Counted from the first letter of the stretch, positions 15,887 through 28,237 are shown. The stretch is DNA of 64,000 nucleotides from Octopus sinensis (GCF_006345805.1 NC_043019.1:23249360-23313359), one strand, 5' to 3'. The notes: generated by a model from the letters alone, not told the origin. Translations and numbers: made by a program.

Positions 15887-17282
15887 TTATTATTATTGTT
15901 GTTGTTGTTGTTATCATTATTATTATTATTATTCATTTGGGATCTTTTCAGTTGCTCTCACAAATTTAGACATTTGAAAATTAAACATAAATTTTCAAAT
16001 TTGGTATACTGCTGTAATTTTTCATGTAGAATTCAAATTTGAAATTCATTTTTTCCCAGAAAAATTTATAAAAATTTTGATAAGGTTCAAATTTGAACAT
16101 TTTTAAAACAGGAATCTGAAGTCACACACATTTTTTGCATGATAGTTGTTTGTCACAAAATGACAGACAGAAATAACAGTGGCACAAAATGATATCACTT
16201 GTCAAAACTTGTGGTGTGGTGGTGGTGGTGGTGTGGTGGTGGTTGCAGTGGTGAAAGTATCACAGTTGCACAGGTACAGCATCCTTGTTGCAATGAAAAT
16301 AGAGCAGACTACAGCTTTGGTTGTTACTATGGAAACAGACACTAATGTGATATTTATGATTGTGTGTATAATGGTCACTTCTGATTGGCTAAAATTACCC
16401 AAAACTTGCAAAATTTAAAAGCTGTTAACTTTTCCTTTATTAATTTATGGCAAAAAGGAATTTCATTTCCATAGTTTGCATACAAAACTAAATCAGTATG
16501 CCAAATTTGAAAACAATTGAGAAAAAATAGTAAAAATATGAGATGGTGGCAGCAACTGCAAAGATGCTTCAATTGATATTAACAATTTTACTTGGTTTTG
16601 ACATTTTTTTATTTCTAATGTTATCAAAAAGTTCCTTAGAAGTGTTGTTTGCTAAAAATACAACCCCCAGAAACCTAATGTTTGATTTATAACTTGAGAG
16701 TTGGCCACAGCGTCACAACATGGCTGAATGATTAACAAAGTCCCTTCGCAATCATAACATCCCGTGTTCAAATCCCATTGCATGTCATCATGGGCAAGTG
16801 GGTTTTTTTTTTACCATTATTTCATATTCTCTCAAGATTTGTGAGAGAAATTACATATATAAGAAAACCGTGAAGAAGCCCATTGTATTAGCAAATGCTA
16901 CTTTTAGCACAGCTGTAAAAGGCATGACAAAAAAGTAGGAGAAAGGAGATCACCCTGTTGCGCTCCACTCTCAACAGACATTGGTTCTAACAGTTCTGTT
17001 TTAAAGCAAAACTGCACTTTCATTCATATTGTCACACCAGGCTTGAATAATGTTCACAGAATTTTCATACTTTACACACACACACACACACTCACCTATA
17101 TAATATCTATATCTATACAGATATATGCGTACATACATACATGTATGTATATGTGTATGTGTATGTATGTATATACAGCAACAGCAACAGCAACAGGACC
17201 TCCGTAATGCCATGATGGACCGTGAAGTCTGGCGTAGCATGGTAAATTCCATTGTCTCAACCACGGTTGAACAATGATGATG

Positions 17283-17360
<78 letters not shown>

Positions 17361-18380
17361 GCACATATATATGCATGTATATATATATATATATATTATA
17401 TATATATATATATAAATTTATATATATCATCATCATCATCATTTAGCGTCCGCTTTCCATGCTAGCATGGGTTGGACGGGTCAACTGGGGTCTGTGAAGC
17501 TGGAAGGCTTCGTCAGGCCCAGTCAGATCTGGCAGTGTTTCTACGGCTGGATGCCCTTCCTAACGCCAACCACTCCGCGAGTGTAGTGGGTGTTTTTTAC
17601 GTGCCACCTGCACAGGTGCCAGACAGAGCTGGCAAACGGCCACGAACGGATGGTGCTTTTACGTGTCACCGGCACGGGGCCAGGCGATGCTGGCAACGGA
17701 CACGAACGGATGGTGCTTTTATGTGCCACCGACACGGGGCCAGACAGAGCTGGCAAACGGCCACGAACGGACGGTGCTTTTACGTGTCACCAGCACGGGG
17801 GCCAGCTGAGGCTGGCATGAACACGAACGGATGGTGCTTTTACGTGCCACCGACACGGGGCCAGACAGAGCTGGCAAACGGCCACGAACAAACGGTGCTT
17901 TTACGTGTCACCGGAACAGGGGCCAGCCAAGGCTGGCAACGGACACGAACGGATGGTGCTTTTACGTGCCACCGACACATTTATATCTATATGTATATAT
18001 GTACATGTATATGTGTGCGTTTGTATGTGAGTGTACATGTGTGTGTGCATGTGTGCATGCGTGTGTCCGTGTGTGTGTGTGTATGTTTGTGTGTGTGTAA
18101 ACTATTCTCTACACTTATTTTTAAGATAAATGTCAAAATATACATCAGTGTGTTGGTTATGTGAAGCGATATTTTGAGACCCCCCACCCCCTTTCTTGCC
18201 TATGATGATATTAATGACAGCAGCTGGCCAATGTGGACAATATATGTAGTAGAAGTAGTAGCAATAATAATGATAATAACAACAATAATAATGAGACTGG
18301 AATTGTAATAAGTTATGTTAATGTTAGCTAAAACAACATGATTTCGTTCTCCTCTCTTCTATACACGTGTTGGAACCATA

Positions 18381-18780
18381 GGCGCAGGAGTGGCTGTGTG
18401 GTAAGTAGCTTGCTAACCAACCACATGGTTCTGGGTTCAATCCCACTGCATGGCATCTTGGGCAAGTGTCTTCTGCTATAGCCCCGGGCCGACCAATGCC
18501 TTGTGAGTGGATTTGGTAGACGGAAACTGAAAGAAGCCTGTCATATATATGTATATATATGTATGTGTGTGTTTGTGTGTCTGTGTTTGTTCCCCTAGCA
18601 TTGCTTAACAACCGATGCTGGTGTGTTTATGTCCCTGTCACTTAGCGGTTCGGCAAAAGAGACTGATAGAATAAGTACTGGGCTTACAAAAAGAATAAGT
18701 CCCGGGGTCGAGTTGCTCGACTAAAGGCAGTGCTCCAGCATGGCCGCAGTCAAATGACTGAAACAAGTAAAAGAGAGAGT
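18381..18780 (+). mobile_element. tRNA-derived SINE family A (GGCGCAGGAGTGGCTGTGTGG head, GTAAAAGA tail)
   Basis: A/B-box-like head and many dispersed copies, e.g. 20235-20672(-), 28032-28460(+), 35806-36215(+), 54255-54660(+), with partials at 5160-5312, 51800-52010 and 52560-53200. Confidence 0.85.
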
Positions 18781-19959
18781 AAAAGAGTATACACCCAGTT
18801 TTAACATGTGGCTAAATGATGTGATGCAATAATAAAATTTCTACACATTGGTACAATTGTTTTTGATGTTTGTTCCTTCTCGAGCCATGCCTGGCTCATA
18901 AGGGCCGGTTTCCCGGTTTCTTGGCGTATAGGTCCCCCACGTGGACGGGACGCCAGTCCGTCGCAGGTGAGCTGCAAGATGCAGGAGGAAAGAGTGAGAG
19001 AAAGGTGTGGCGAAAGAGTCAGCAGAAGGTTCGCCATTACCTTCTGCCGGAGCCGCATGGAGCTTAGGTGTTTCGCTCATAAACACACACATCGTCCGGT
19101 CTGAGATTCGAACCTGCGATCCCTCGACCGCGAGTCCGCTGCTCTAACCACTAGGCCATGTGCCTTCACATTGGTACAATGGTACAACCTTGGCGTATAG
19201 GTTCCCCACGTGGACGGGACGCCGGTCCATCGCAGGTGAGCTGCAAGATGCTGGAGGAAAGAGTGAGAGAAAGGTGTGGCGAAAGAGTCAGCAGAAGTTT
19301 CGCCATTACCTTCTGCCAGAGCCACATGGAGCTTAGGTGTTTCGCTCATAAACACACACATCGTCCGGTCTGAGATTCGAACCTGCGATCCCTCGACCGC
19401 GAGTCCGCTGCTCTAACCTATTTCTTTACTACCCACAAGGGGCTAAACACGGAGAGGACAAACAAAGACAGACAAACGGATTAAGTCGATTATATCAACC
19501 CCAGTGCGTAACTGGTACTTATTTAATCGATCCCCAAAAGGATGAAAGGCAAAGTCGACCTCGGCGGAATTTGAACTCAGAACGTAGCGGCAGACGAAAT
19601 ACCGCTAAGCATTTCGCCCGGCGTGCTAACGTGTCTGCCAGCTCTAACCACTAGGCCATGTGCCTTCACATTGGTACAATGGTACAACCTTGCAAAATTT
19701 CAACAAAGGAACACAGTTAATTACTGGTATTTTATCAAATGATGAGAAGAAAACTGACAACTCACCTCTAATCCCATTCAGGAATGATGGATACCAATAT
19801 TTCGTAATTTTTGCGGCTTATCAACATCACATATTTTGCGGATTATCAGTATCTATCACTCCTGAATGGGATTAGGGGTGACTTGTCTCACCTGTCTAAG
19901 GCTTTCAGGTGTTTTAACACGCACCATGCTAAATTGCAGCATACAAGCAAACAAGCAAA

Positions 19960-20200
19960 ACACATACATTGAGTAGATGTGATGCAGGTACTCTGACTTT
20001 TTGTAATGAAATCTCTTCCTGAACTCCCTCAAAACTTCCATAAAGCACTTTTTGTTGACTGTTTGGACAGCAGGAACACAGTGGTCCTTAATGATACCCT
20101 TGCTGATGAAAAGAGGTTCATCATGAGCCTCCCAGTGGGCTTGCTTTACCAGGCCTTTTGTAATATTGAAAAAAACAGATACTCAGCTCATAAAAGTTAA
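19960..20200 (-). mobile_element. Mariner transposase remnant
   Basis: Minus-strand translation ...HCVPAVQTVNKKCFMEVLREFRKRF resembles the mariner P.GQTVN..YY.EVL..LR segment. Confidence 0.55.
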
Positions 20201-20446
20201 TCCTTATGCAGCCTGGATCATTTACTTACTTTTACTTTTACTTTTACTTTTACTTGTTTCAGTCATTTGACTGCGGCCATGCTGGAGCACCGCCTTTAGT
20301 CGAGCAAATCGACCCTGGGACTTATTCTTTGTAAGCCCAGTACTTATTCTATCGGTCTCTTTTTGCCGAACCGCTAAGTAACGGGGACGTAAACACACCA
20401 GCATCGGTTGTCAAGCAATGCTAGGGGGACAAACACAGACACACAA

Positions 20447-20503
<57 letters not shown>

Positions 20504-20990
20504 CATACGACAGGCTTCTTTCAGTTTCCGTCTACCAAATCCACTCACAAGGCTTTGGTCGGCCCGAGGCTATAGTAGAAGACATTTGCCCAAGATGCCA
20601 CGCAGTGGGACTGAACCCGGAACCATGTAGTTCATAAGCAAGCTACTTACCACACAGCCACTCCTGCGCCTATAAGTTTCATAAGTTTCTTAAGCGATTT
20701 TACCCAGTTAAACAGAAATATTTATTACCTAGCAATCTTCCAAATTGTCTTCACATCCTGACTGCATTCTGCAAACTAGTCAGCTGTAACAAGAAGTGTT
20801 TAGCAGGATGTGTTCAAATGGCTATTACAGCCATCTCCTTCAATCTGGAATAACAAAATTGGCAGGTTATCTTATTAGATGTATAACAACGATAAACTAA
20901 AGTTATGATAATCTAGGACAGTTATAATTGCCTCACCAAGAATGTCTCAAATCTTTTGGAATGCACCTCATATATATATATATATATATA

Positions 20991-21255
20991 TATAACATAA
21001 GGGGCATCAGCCATCTGAATGTGGCTAGGGACAGGGCGGGGTGGTGGGGGTGTTACTGATGCATTTAGCCCCAGGCGATCATCGACGTCACCAGAAGGGC
21101 TGACACCTTCTGGTGACGTCGATGATCGCCTGGGGCTAAATGCATCAGTAACACCCCCACCACCCCGCCCTGTCCCTAGCCACATTCAGATGGCTGATGC
21201 CCCTTATGTTATAGAGCAGTTACTGTTTATATCTCGTTTAGAGATTTATTATTGT
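20991..21255. repeat. Perfect 108-bp inverted repeat (7-nt loop) plus 42-bp one-sided extension, derived from the retrozyme-like unit
   Basis: 20991-21098 is the exact reverse complement of 21106-21213. The sequence matches the 24137 array unit. Flanked by (TA)n. Confidence 0.93.
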
Positions 21256-21687
21256 TATATATATATATAAATATGAAAAATGGATCATGAATGCAACAGA
21301 TGACAATAAAACATCCAGACAGATAAACAATACAAAGATAGACAGGAAAAAACAAGGATGGTGCATTCACAGCCTTCTCTCCTCAGTCAAGTTTCCAGAT
21401 TATCCTTACAGTTTCGGCCAGTTACACTTGAGACTGTTCAAATCTGGCTGGCCCCAAAAATCTAAGCTAAGAACATTAAATATTTTAGGAGAAAGCAAGT
21501 GAATGTGTATGACAACAAATACAGAAAAGCAGAAAAAATGTTACACAATTACATATACAAACAACAAGAAAATAACAACAGATGTCTTTTGACGAATAAA
21601 GATGAATCAAGTTGAGCTGGCGTGTGTAGAGTGAAATCCTTGAGACAGGAACATAGGAGAAGAACATAAGAGATGAAAGTCATGTGA

Positions 21688-21768
<81 letters not shown>

Positions 21769-21839
21769 ATATGTATGTATGTATAGATAGATAGATATAG
21801 ATATGTTGTGCAAACACAAAAAATAGAACTCAAAATATG

Positions 21840-22140
21840 ATTATATGTATATTTCTATTAATATTTAACTGAAGTAACAGAGTGACTCAAGATCCAAGAA
21901 TTTCATGTGTTGGCACTTACAAAACTACTCACAGATCAATGGCTTGTGAATTTATATAGCTGTTTCCCTAGGGAATGTTGTAGAACATTCCATTGGGAAA
22001 TAGATTTTTTTTTTTTTCAGCAGCTATATAGACTCACAGGCTTTCAACCTGTGACTAGTTTTTGATAAATGCCAACACACAAAACTTTCAGATCTTGAAT
22101 CATTCTGTTACTTCTGATAAATATTAATAAATATGTATAT
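21840..22140. mobile_element. Degenerate foldback MITE; shorter relative at 1735-1885
   Basis: Imperfect inverted arms (gaagtaacagagtgactcaagatc...gatcttgaatcattctgttacttc). Confidence 0.6.
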
Positions 22141-23128
22141 CGTCATCATCATCATCATTGTTTAATGTCATTCAATGACTGGCATCCGTGCTAGCAGGGC
22201 ACAAAGAGCACCATACAAGCATGATTGTTGACAGGGCAGCTAACCTGCTTCCGTGCCAGTGGCACATAAAAGACACCATTCGAGTGTGATCGTTACCAGC
22301 GTCGCCTTACTGACACTTGTGCCCCCTTCTAGTAGGGTGCTAAGAGCACCATCAGAGCATGATCATTGCCAGAGTGGCTAACTGGCTTCCATGCCAGAGG
22401 CACATAAAAGGCACCATTCGAGCGTGATCATTATCAGTGTTGCCTAACTGGCACGTGTAGAAACGTTCAAGCGAGGTCATTGCCAGTACCGCCTGACTGG
22501 CCCCCGTGCTGGTGGCATGTAAAAGCACCCACTACACTCTCGGAGTGGTTGGCGTTAGGAAGGGCATCCAGCTGTCGAAACTCTGCCAGATCAAGATTGG
22601 AAGCTGGTGCAGCCATCTGGTTCACCATCCCTCAGTCAAATCGTCCAACCCATGCTAGCATGGAAAGCGGACGTTAAACGATGACGATGATGATGATGAT
22701 ATATATCGATATGTAATTGTAAGATCTGAGGATCTAAGTGTAGGAAGTTTGTAAGCCTCAAGCAATCTGTGGTAGGTATAAAAAGCAATGTTCAGGAACA
22801 ATAATAGTTTATCAATGATGAAGGTTGTAGGCTTCTCCCATATTCGAAGTTTACGTGAGCTCCAGTTAGCAACAAGGGTTGCTATGAATGTGAATAAAAA
22901 TCCAAACTGAGGGAGTGGAACTGGTAAAATCCAGGCTGGGATACTCAGCTAGCTACTCATCAGGCCAAGGATTCATTAACTATATGATGGTTACATTGTC
23001 GCTTGGGAATCCCAAGTTAACTCACTGAAGATGTAATTTGAAAATTATATCTTGTGTGTGTATATATAATGCATGTGTATGTATATACATATACATATAT
23101 GTGTGTGTATATATGTGTGTGTGCATGT

Positions 23129-23164
<36 letters not shown>

Positions 23165-23166
<2 letters not shown>

Positions 23167-24055
23167 TGGGTCAGCCCATAAATAATGCAGTTTTTGTATA
23201 CTTGTTTTATTTTCCAAAATTAAGACAAAGTTCTTTTTTAATCTAAAATATACTCTCCATCATTGGACCAACAGATTTCCAAGATTTAATGCCCCAGATC
23301 ACAGATCTTCCTCCATGTTTAACAGTTGGAAGAAGGCAGTCTGGGTCAAATGCTTCTTTTGGGTGTCTCTACATGTATATTTGGCCGGTGAATGGAAATA
23401 AGGTTAAGGATGACTTGTCCGAGAAAATAGCATTCTTCCACTGCTCTAGGGTCCAATTCAGGTTTTTGCTCCACTCTAAACGCTTGGCAACGTTTGTTTT
23501 TGAAAGAAGTGGTTTTCTGATTGCAGCCCTCCTTTGAAATCTGGTTTTGTGCAGCTCCTGGTGAAGAGTTTTTGTGGAAACTGAGTTCGTGAGGTGCTCA
23601 TTAAGCTCTGCAGTAATTTTGGGAACTGTACTTTGTGATCCTATCTAATAATTTGTGAAAGAGTCTGACAGTCCCTATCTGAAAGTTTTGGTTTTCTTCC
23701 AGAGTTTAGTTTTGACGAGGAGGTTTTTCCCTTTTTCTCAAAGGCTGTCATTACTTTCAAGACAGTAATTCTTGATACAGCAAACATTTCAGCTGTTTTC
23801 ATTATGCTAGTGCCTGCTATACGCGCACCAACAATTTGACCCCTTTGAAAGTCTGATAGATCTGTTATTTTAATGAATTTTAATTACCTTTTTCTTATGA
23901 TATCTGAAAAGAAACAGCAAATTTAGCAAAACATATTAAGCAACACTAATAATAAATCAAAACACATAAAAATAAACAAGCTTTTGATGGTTTTATAGAT
24001 ATTTCAAAATTATGATGCTATGATGCTAGGTGTTTCCATTATTTTGTCCAACCCC

Positions 24056-24057
<2 letters not shown>
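23165..24057 (-). mobile_element. Tc1-like DNA transposon, left part with TIR and decayed transposase N-terminus
   Basis: Terminus TA|CAGGGGTTGGACAAAATAATGGAAACAC. Frame MTDLSDFQRGQIVGARIAG...SGRKPKLSDRD (paired-type HTH and GRPR-like motif). Confidence 0.8.
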
Positions 24058-24142
<85 letters not shown>

Positions 24143-24310
24143 AGCGGGATCAGCCATCTGAATGTGGCTAGGGACAGGGCGGGGTGGTGGGGGTGTTACT
24201 GATGCATTTAGCCCCAGGCGACTATTGACGTCACCAGAAGAGCCGACACCATCACGGTGTCCTTGCTGGCCTGCAAAGGGAGATCAGCCTCCCCGAAGAT
24301 ACGGATGCTA

Positions 24311-24353
24311 CACACGGACCGGTTTCGAGGTAATCGCCTCTCGTCAGTGCATG
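24311..24353 (-). ncRNA. Type I hammerhead ribozyme, copy 1
   Basis: CAUGCA-CUGACGA-GAGG(cgauua)CCUC-GAAA-CCGG-UC/CGUGUG. Palindromic stem III ACCGGU. Predicted cleavage between 24317 and 24316. Confidence 0.85.
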
Positions 24354-24670
24354 GCAAGCACCGTTCTTCGTTGAGGGACTTCCTGTACAGGCCAGATATA
24401 TATAGATTTTCACAGTAACCACAGGCACTGGCGTAGAAAATCTGTTCGAAAACAATAATAAATCTCTGAGCGAGGTATAAACAGTAACTGCTCTTTAATA
24501 TAAGCGGGATCAGCCATCTGAATGTGGCTAGGGACAGGGCGGGGTGGTGGGGGTGTTACTGATGCATTTAGCCCCAGGCGACTATTGACGTCACCAGAAG
24601 AGCCGACACCATCACGGTGTCCTTGCTGGCCTGCAAAGGGAGATCAGCCTCCCCGAAGATACGGATGCTA

Positions 24671-24712
24671 CACACGGACCGTTTCGAGGTAATCGCCTCT
24701 CGTCAGTGCATG
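24671..24712 (-). ncRNA. Type I hammerhead ribozyme, copy 2
   Basis: Same as copy 1 but GAAACGGUC, one C missing from stem III (possibly a sequencing indel). Predicted cleavage 24677/24676. Confidence 0.75.
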
Positions 24713-25028
24713 GCAAGCACCGTTCTTCGTTGAGGACTTCCTGTACAGGCCAGATATATATAGATTTTCACAGTAACCACAGGCACTGGCGTAGAAAATC
24801 TGTTTGAAAACAATAATAAATCTCTGAGCGAGGTATAAACAATAACTGCTCTTTAATATAAGCGGGATCAGCCATCTGAATGTGGCTAGGGACAGGGCGG
24901 GGTGGTGGGGGTGTTACTGATGCATTTAGCCCCAGGCGACTATTGACGTCACCAGAAGAGCCGACACCATCACGGTGTCCTTGCTGGCCTGCAAAGGGAG
25001 ATCAGCCTCCCCAAAGATACGGATGCTA

Positions 25029-25070
25029 CACACGGACTGGTTTCGAGGTAATCACCTCTCATCAGCGCAT
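25029..25070 (-). ncRNA. Type I hammerhead ribozyme, copy 3
   Basis: AUGCG-CUGAUGA-GAGGU(gauu)ACCUC-GAAA-CCAG-UC/CGUGU. Better stem I and II pairing but the stem III palindrome is broken. Predicted cleavage 25035/25034. Confidence 0.75.
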
Positions 25071-25089
25071 ATATATATATATATATATA

Positions 25090-25300
25090 GTTAATCCAAA
25101 CAAGAAAGCACAAAAAAACACAACACGAGGACGTGGAACAAATATAGTATTATTGGATGCTCAAGAAAGAAGGAAAGAAGGAGGGTTTAACGTTTTGAGC
25201 GGAGCTCTTCGTCGGAAACATAGGAGAAGGAAAGATCCAGAGAAGGGAAGACAGAGGAAAAAAATCGCCAACGGTACACACGCGGTCACATTTTGAAGAT
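25090..25300 (-). mobile_element. Short repeat in (TA)n with a degenerate hammerhead-like motif (25185-25219)
   Basis: GUUU-CCGACGA-A-GAGC(ucc)GCUC-AAAA-CG-UU/AAAC (U4C, G12A). Immediately next to the retrozyme-like array. Confidence 0.5.
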
Positions 25301-26069
25301 ATGTATATATATATATACACACACACATACACACACACATACATACATACATGCACAGACACACATACATACATACATGCACAGACACACATACATACAT
25401 ACATGCACAGACACACATACATACATACATGCACAGACACACATACATACACACAAATATATATAAATACAAACACATACATGCACATGCACACACACAC
25501 ACACAAACACATTATATATTAGCTACAGAGATGTATTTTCAAGAGAGAAGGGGAAACAAAAAAGAGAAAGTGGGAGGGAGAAACTGAGAAATAGGGAGAA
25601 CGATTGTCAGGTTAAGGAAACATTTGAGAATGATGATCAGGTCAGGTAGTTGTTGTTAGTGCTGTTATTTAGCACCAGGTCAGCCTTGATTAAGCACCTT
25701 TACGATCATAGTTATTCTAACACTTCTACAAAGGCATTATTGGAGGTGCTCAGTGCAGTGTCATTTTATGATTTGAGGAACATCTAGTAGATATTTCTAG
25801 CTTTCCTATGAGAGACTTACTACAAGTGATGTCATGGGTTCAGCCATCCAGGAGGCGAAGGCAATGGTAGTGGTGTCAATGGTGGTGGTGGTGGTGGTGG
25901 CAGTGGTAGTAGGTGGAAGGGAGTGTGAAACGGTGACAGATGTAGTGCAAAGCACTGTTGAATGCATGAACTGTTATTGCTGATCAGGTCAATAAGTACT
26001 TTATGAAGAAAGTATGACTAACAGTAATAAACTCTTGTCAGTTGTACTTCTGTGAGAACAATGATAGTC

Positions 26070-26126
<57 letters not shown>

Positions 26127-26214
26127 TATATATACAAATTGAGATAGGGGTTGTAAATGCCATTATGTATATGTATATTTTTATATGTATAGGAGTGTGA
26201 GTATATGCACTCAT

Positions 26215-26247
<33 letters not shown>

Positions 26248-26330
26248 GTTTAACGTATATGTATATGTTGTATTATGGGTATGTACCCACACCCATATGG
26301 GTATATATGTAGACTGATTTATATCACATA

Positions 26331-26457
26331 ATCTCCGAAGAGGCCTTATGATATTTTTGTAAATGTCTCATTTATATCTATATATTGACCTACCATAAAA
26401 GGCTAATATTGGTAAAATGAGACATACTTATCTACATGGCCGAAACAGCTGTAAGAT
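26331..26457 (+). ncRNA. Type I hammerhead-like motif with long stem II and U4C core variant
   Basis: AUCU-CCGAAGA-GGCC...(AUGUCUCAUUU/AAAUGAGACAU)...GGCC-GAAA-CAGCUG-UA/AGAU. Palindromic stem III ACAGCUGU. Confidence 0.7.
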
Positions 26458-27456
26458 GTAATCTATACTTATATTTATATTTACTTATATTTATATTCTC
26501 TTTTTTATATATATTCTACTTATTATACAACATTACTCTTTTATGTACACTTTTTTATGTACATTCCTTTATGTACACTGATTTGTTCTGCTTTTTTATG
26601 TTTAACCCTACAGTCTCTTATGTGGTGATTTAATAAAGTATGTGATTGAGTATTATCTGGTAATTGATATTTGATTTAGATGTATTTCTCCATTTTCTTA
26701 TCTTGTATATATATATATATATATATAAAAATCAAATGGAAATTGTAGTTAAGACACCTGTGCCGGTGACACGTAAAAAGCACCGTCCGAACATGGCAGA
26801 TACCAGCGCCGCCTGACTGACATCCGTGTCGGTGACACGTAAAAGCACCAACCTATCGTGGGTGTTTGCCAGCCCGCTCTGGTTCCTGTGCCTGTGGCAC
26901 GTAAAACACACCCACTACACTCACTGAGTGGTTGGCATTAGGAAGGGCATCCAGCTGTAGAAACACTGCCAAATCAGACTGGAGTCTGGTGCAGCCTCCA
27001 TGGCTTACCAGACCCCGGTCGAACCGTCCAACCCATGCTAGCATGGAAAACGGACGTTAAATGATGATGATGATGATGATACATACATACATAGGAGCAT
27101 TCCATGGGCTACGACGACAAGAGTTATAGCTGATCCGGTCTCTGGAACAGCTTGCTCGTGAAATTAACTTGCAAGTGGGTGAGAACTCCACAGACACGTG
27201 CACCCTTAACGTAGTTCTCAGGGAGATTCAGCGTGACACAGAGTGTGACAAGGCTAGCAGCCCTTTGAAATACAAGTACTACTCATTTTTGCCAGTTGAG
27301 TGGACTGGAGCAATATGAAATAAAGTGTCTTGCTCAAGGACACAAGGCGTCACCAGGAATTGAACTCACGACCTTGCGATCGTAAGCTGAATGCCCAATA
27401 TTCATACATATATACATACATACATACACATACATGTGTATGTATATATATATATG

Positions 27457-27515
<59 letters not shown>

Positions 27516-28197
27516 ATCATCATCATCATCATCATCATCATCGTTTAACGTCCGTTCTCCATGCTAGCATGGGTTGGACGGTTTGAACGGGGTTCTGGGA
27601 AGCCAGAAGGCTGCACTAGGCTCCAGTCTAATCTGGCAGTGTTTCTACAGCTGGATGCCCTTCCTAACGCCAACCACTCCGTGAGTGTAGTGGGTGCTTT
27701 TTACGTGCCACCTGCACAGGTGCCAGGTGAGGCTGGCAACGGACACGGTCGGATTGGTGTATTTTATGTGCCACCGGCACGGAAGCCAATCGAGGCGGTG
27801 CTGGCATCGGCCACGAGTCGGATAGTGCTTTTTACGTACCACCAGACCAGGGATCCTGGCTGGTTCAATTCGATTTCGATTTCGCTTGCCCCAACATGTC
27901 TTCACAAGCAAAGGGGGTTGGCATGGGTGCCTGTCGTACGGTCGCATTGGAGTATTTTACGTGCCACGGCCACGAGTCGGATAGTGCTTTTTACGTACCA
28001 CCAGACCATATATATATATATATATATATATAGGCACAGGAGTGGCTGTGTGGTAAGTAGCTTGCTTACCAACCACATGGTTCCGGGTTCAGTCCCACTG
28101 TGTGGCACCTTGGGCAAGTGTCTTCTACTATAGCCTCGGGCCGACCAAAGCCTTGTGAGTGGATTTGGTAGACGGAAACTGAAAGAAGCCCGTCGTA

Positions 28198-28237
<40 letters not shown>

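Larger units (their letters stand above)
24137..25070 (-). mobile_element. Retrozyme-like tandem array: ~2.6 copies of a 358-360 bp non-coding unit, each with a type I hammerhead ribozyme
   Basis: Unit starts at 24141, 24501 and 24859. HHR cores on the minus strand in each unit. Flanked by (TA)n on both sides. Confidence 0.85.

Noticed and set aside
20922-21270. Mirror-image ORFs [11 protein letters not shown] on both strands, also at 24162 and 24880
   Set aside because: A consequence of the palindrome and tandem repeat; the frame is not preserved between copies and the signal is RNA-structural.
21360-21470. Minus-strand GGCCAG...CUGGCC-GAAACUGUA in a repeat beside the foldback
   Set aside because: No recognisable CUGANGA before the stem; it may be a very decayed HHR but is unsupported.
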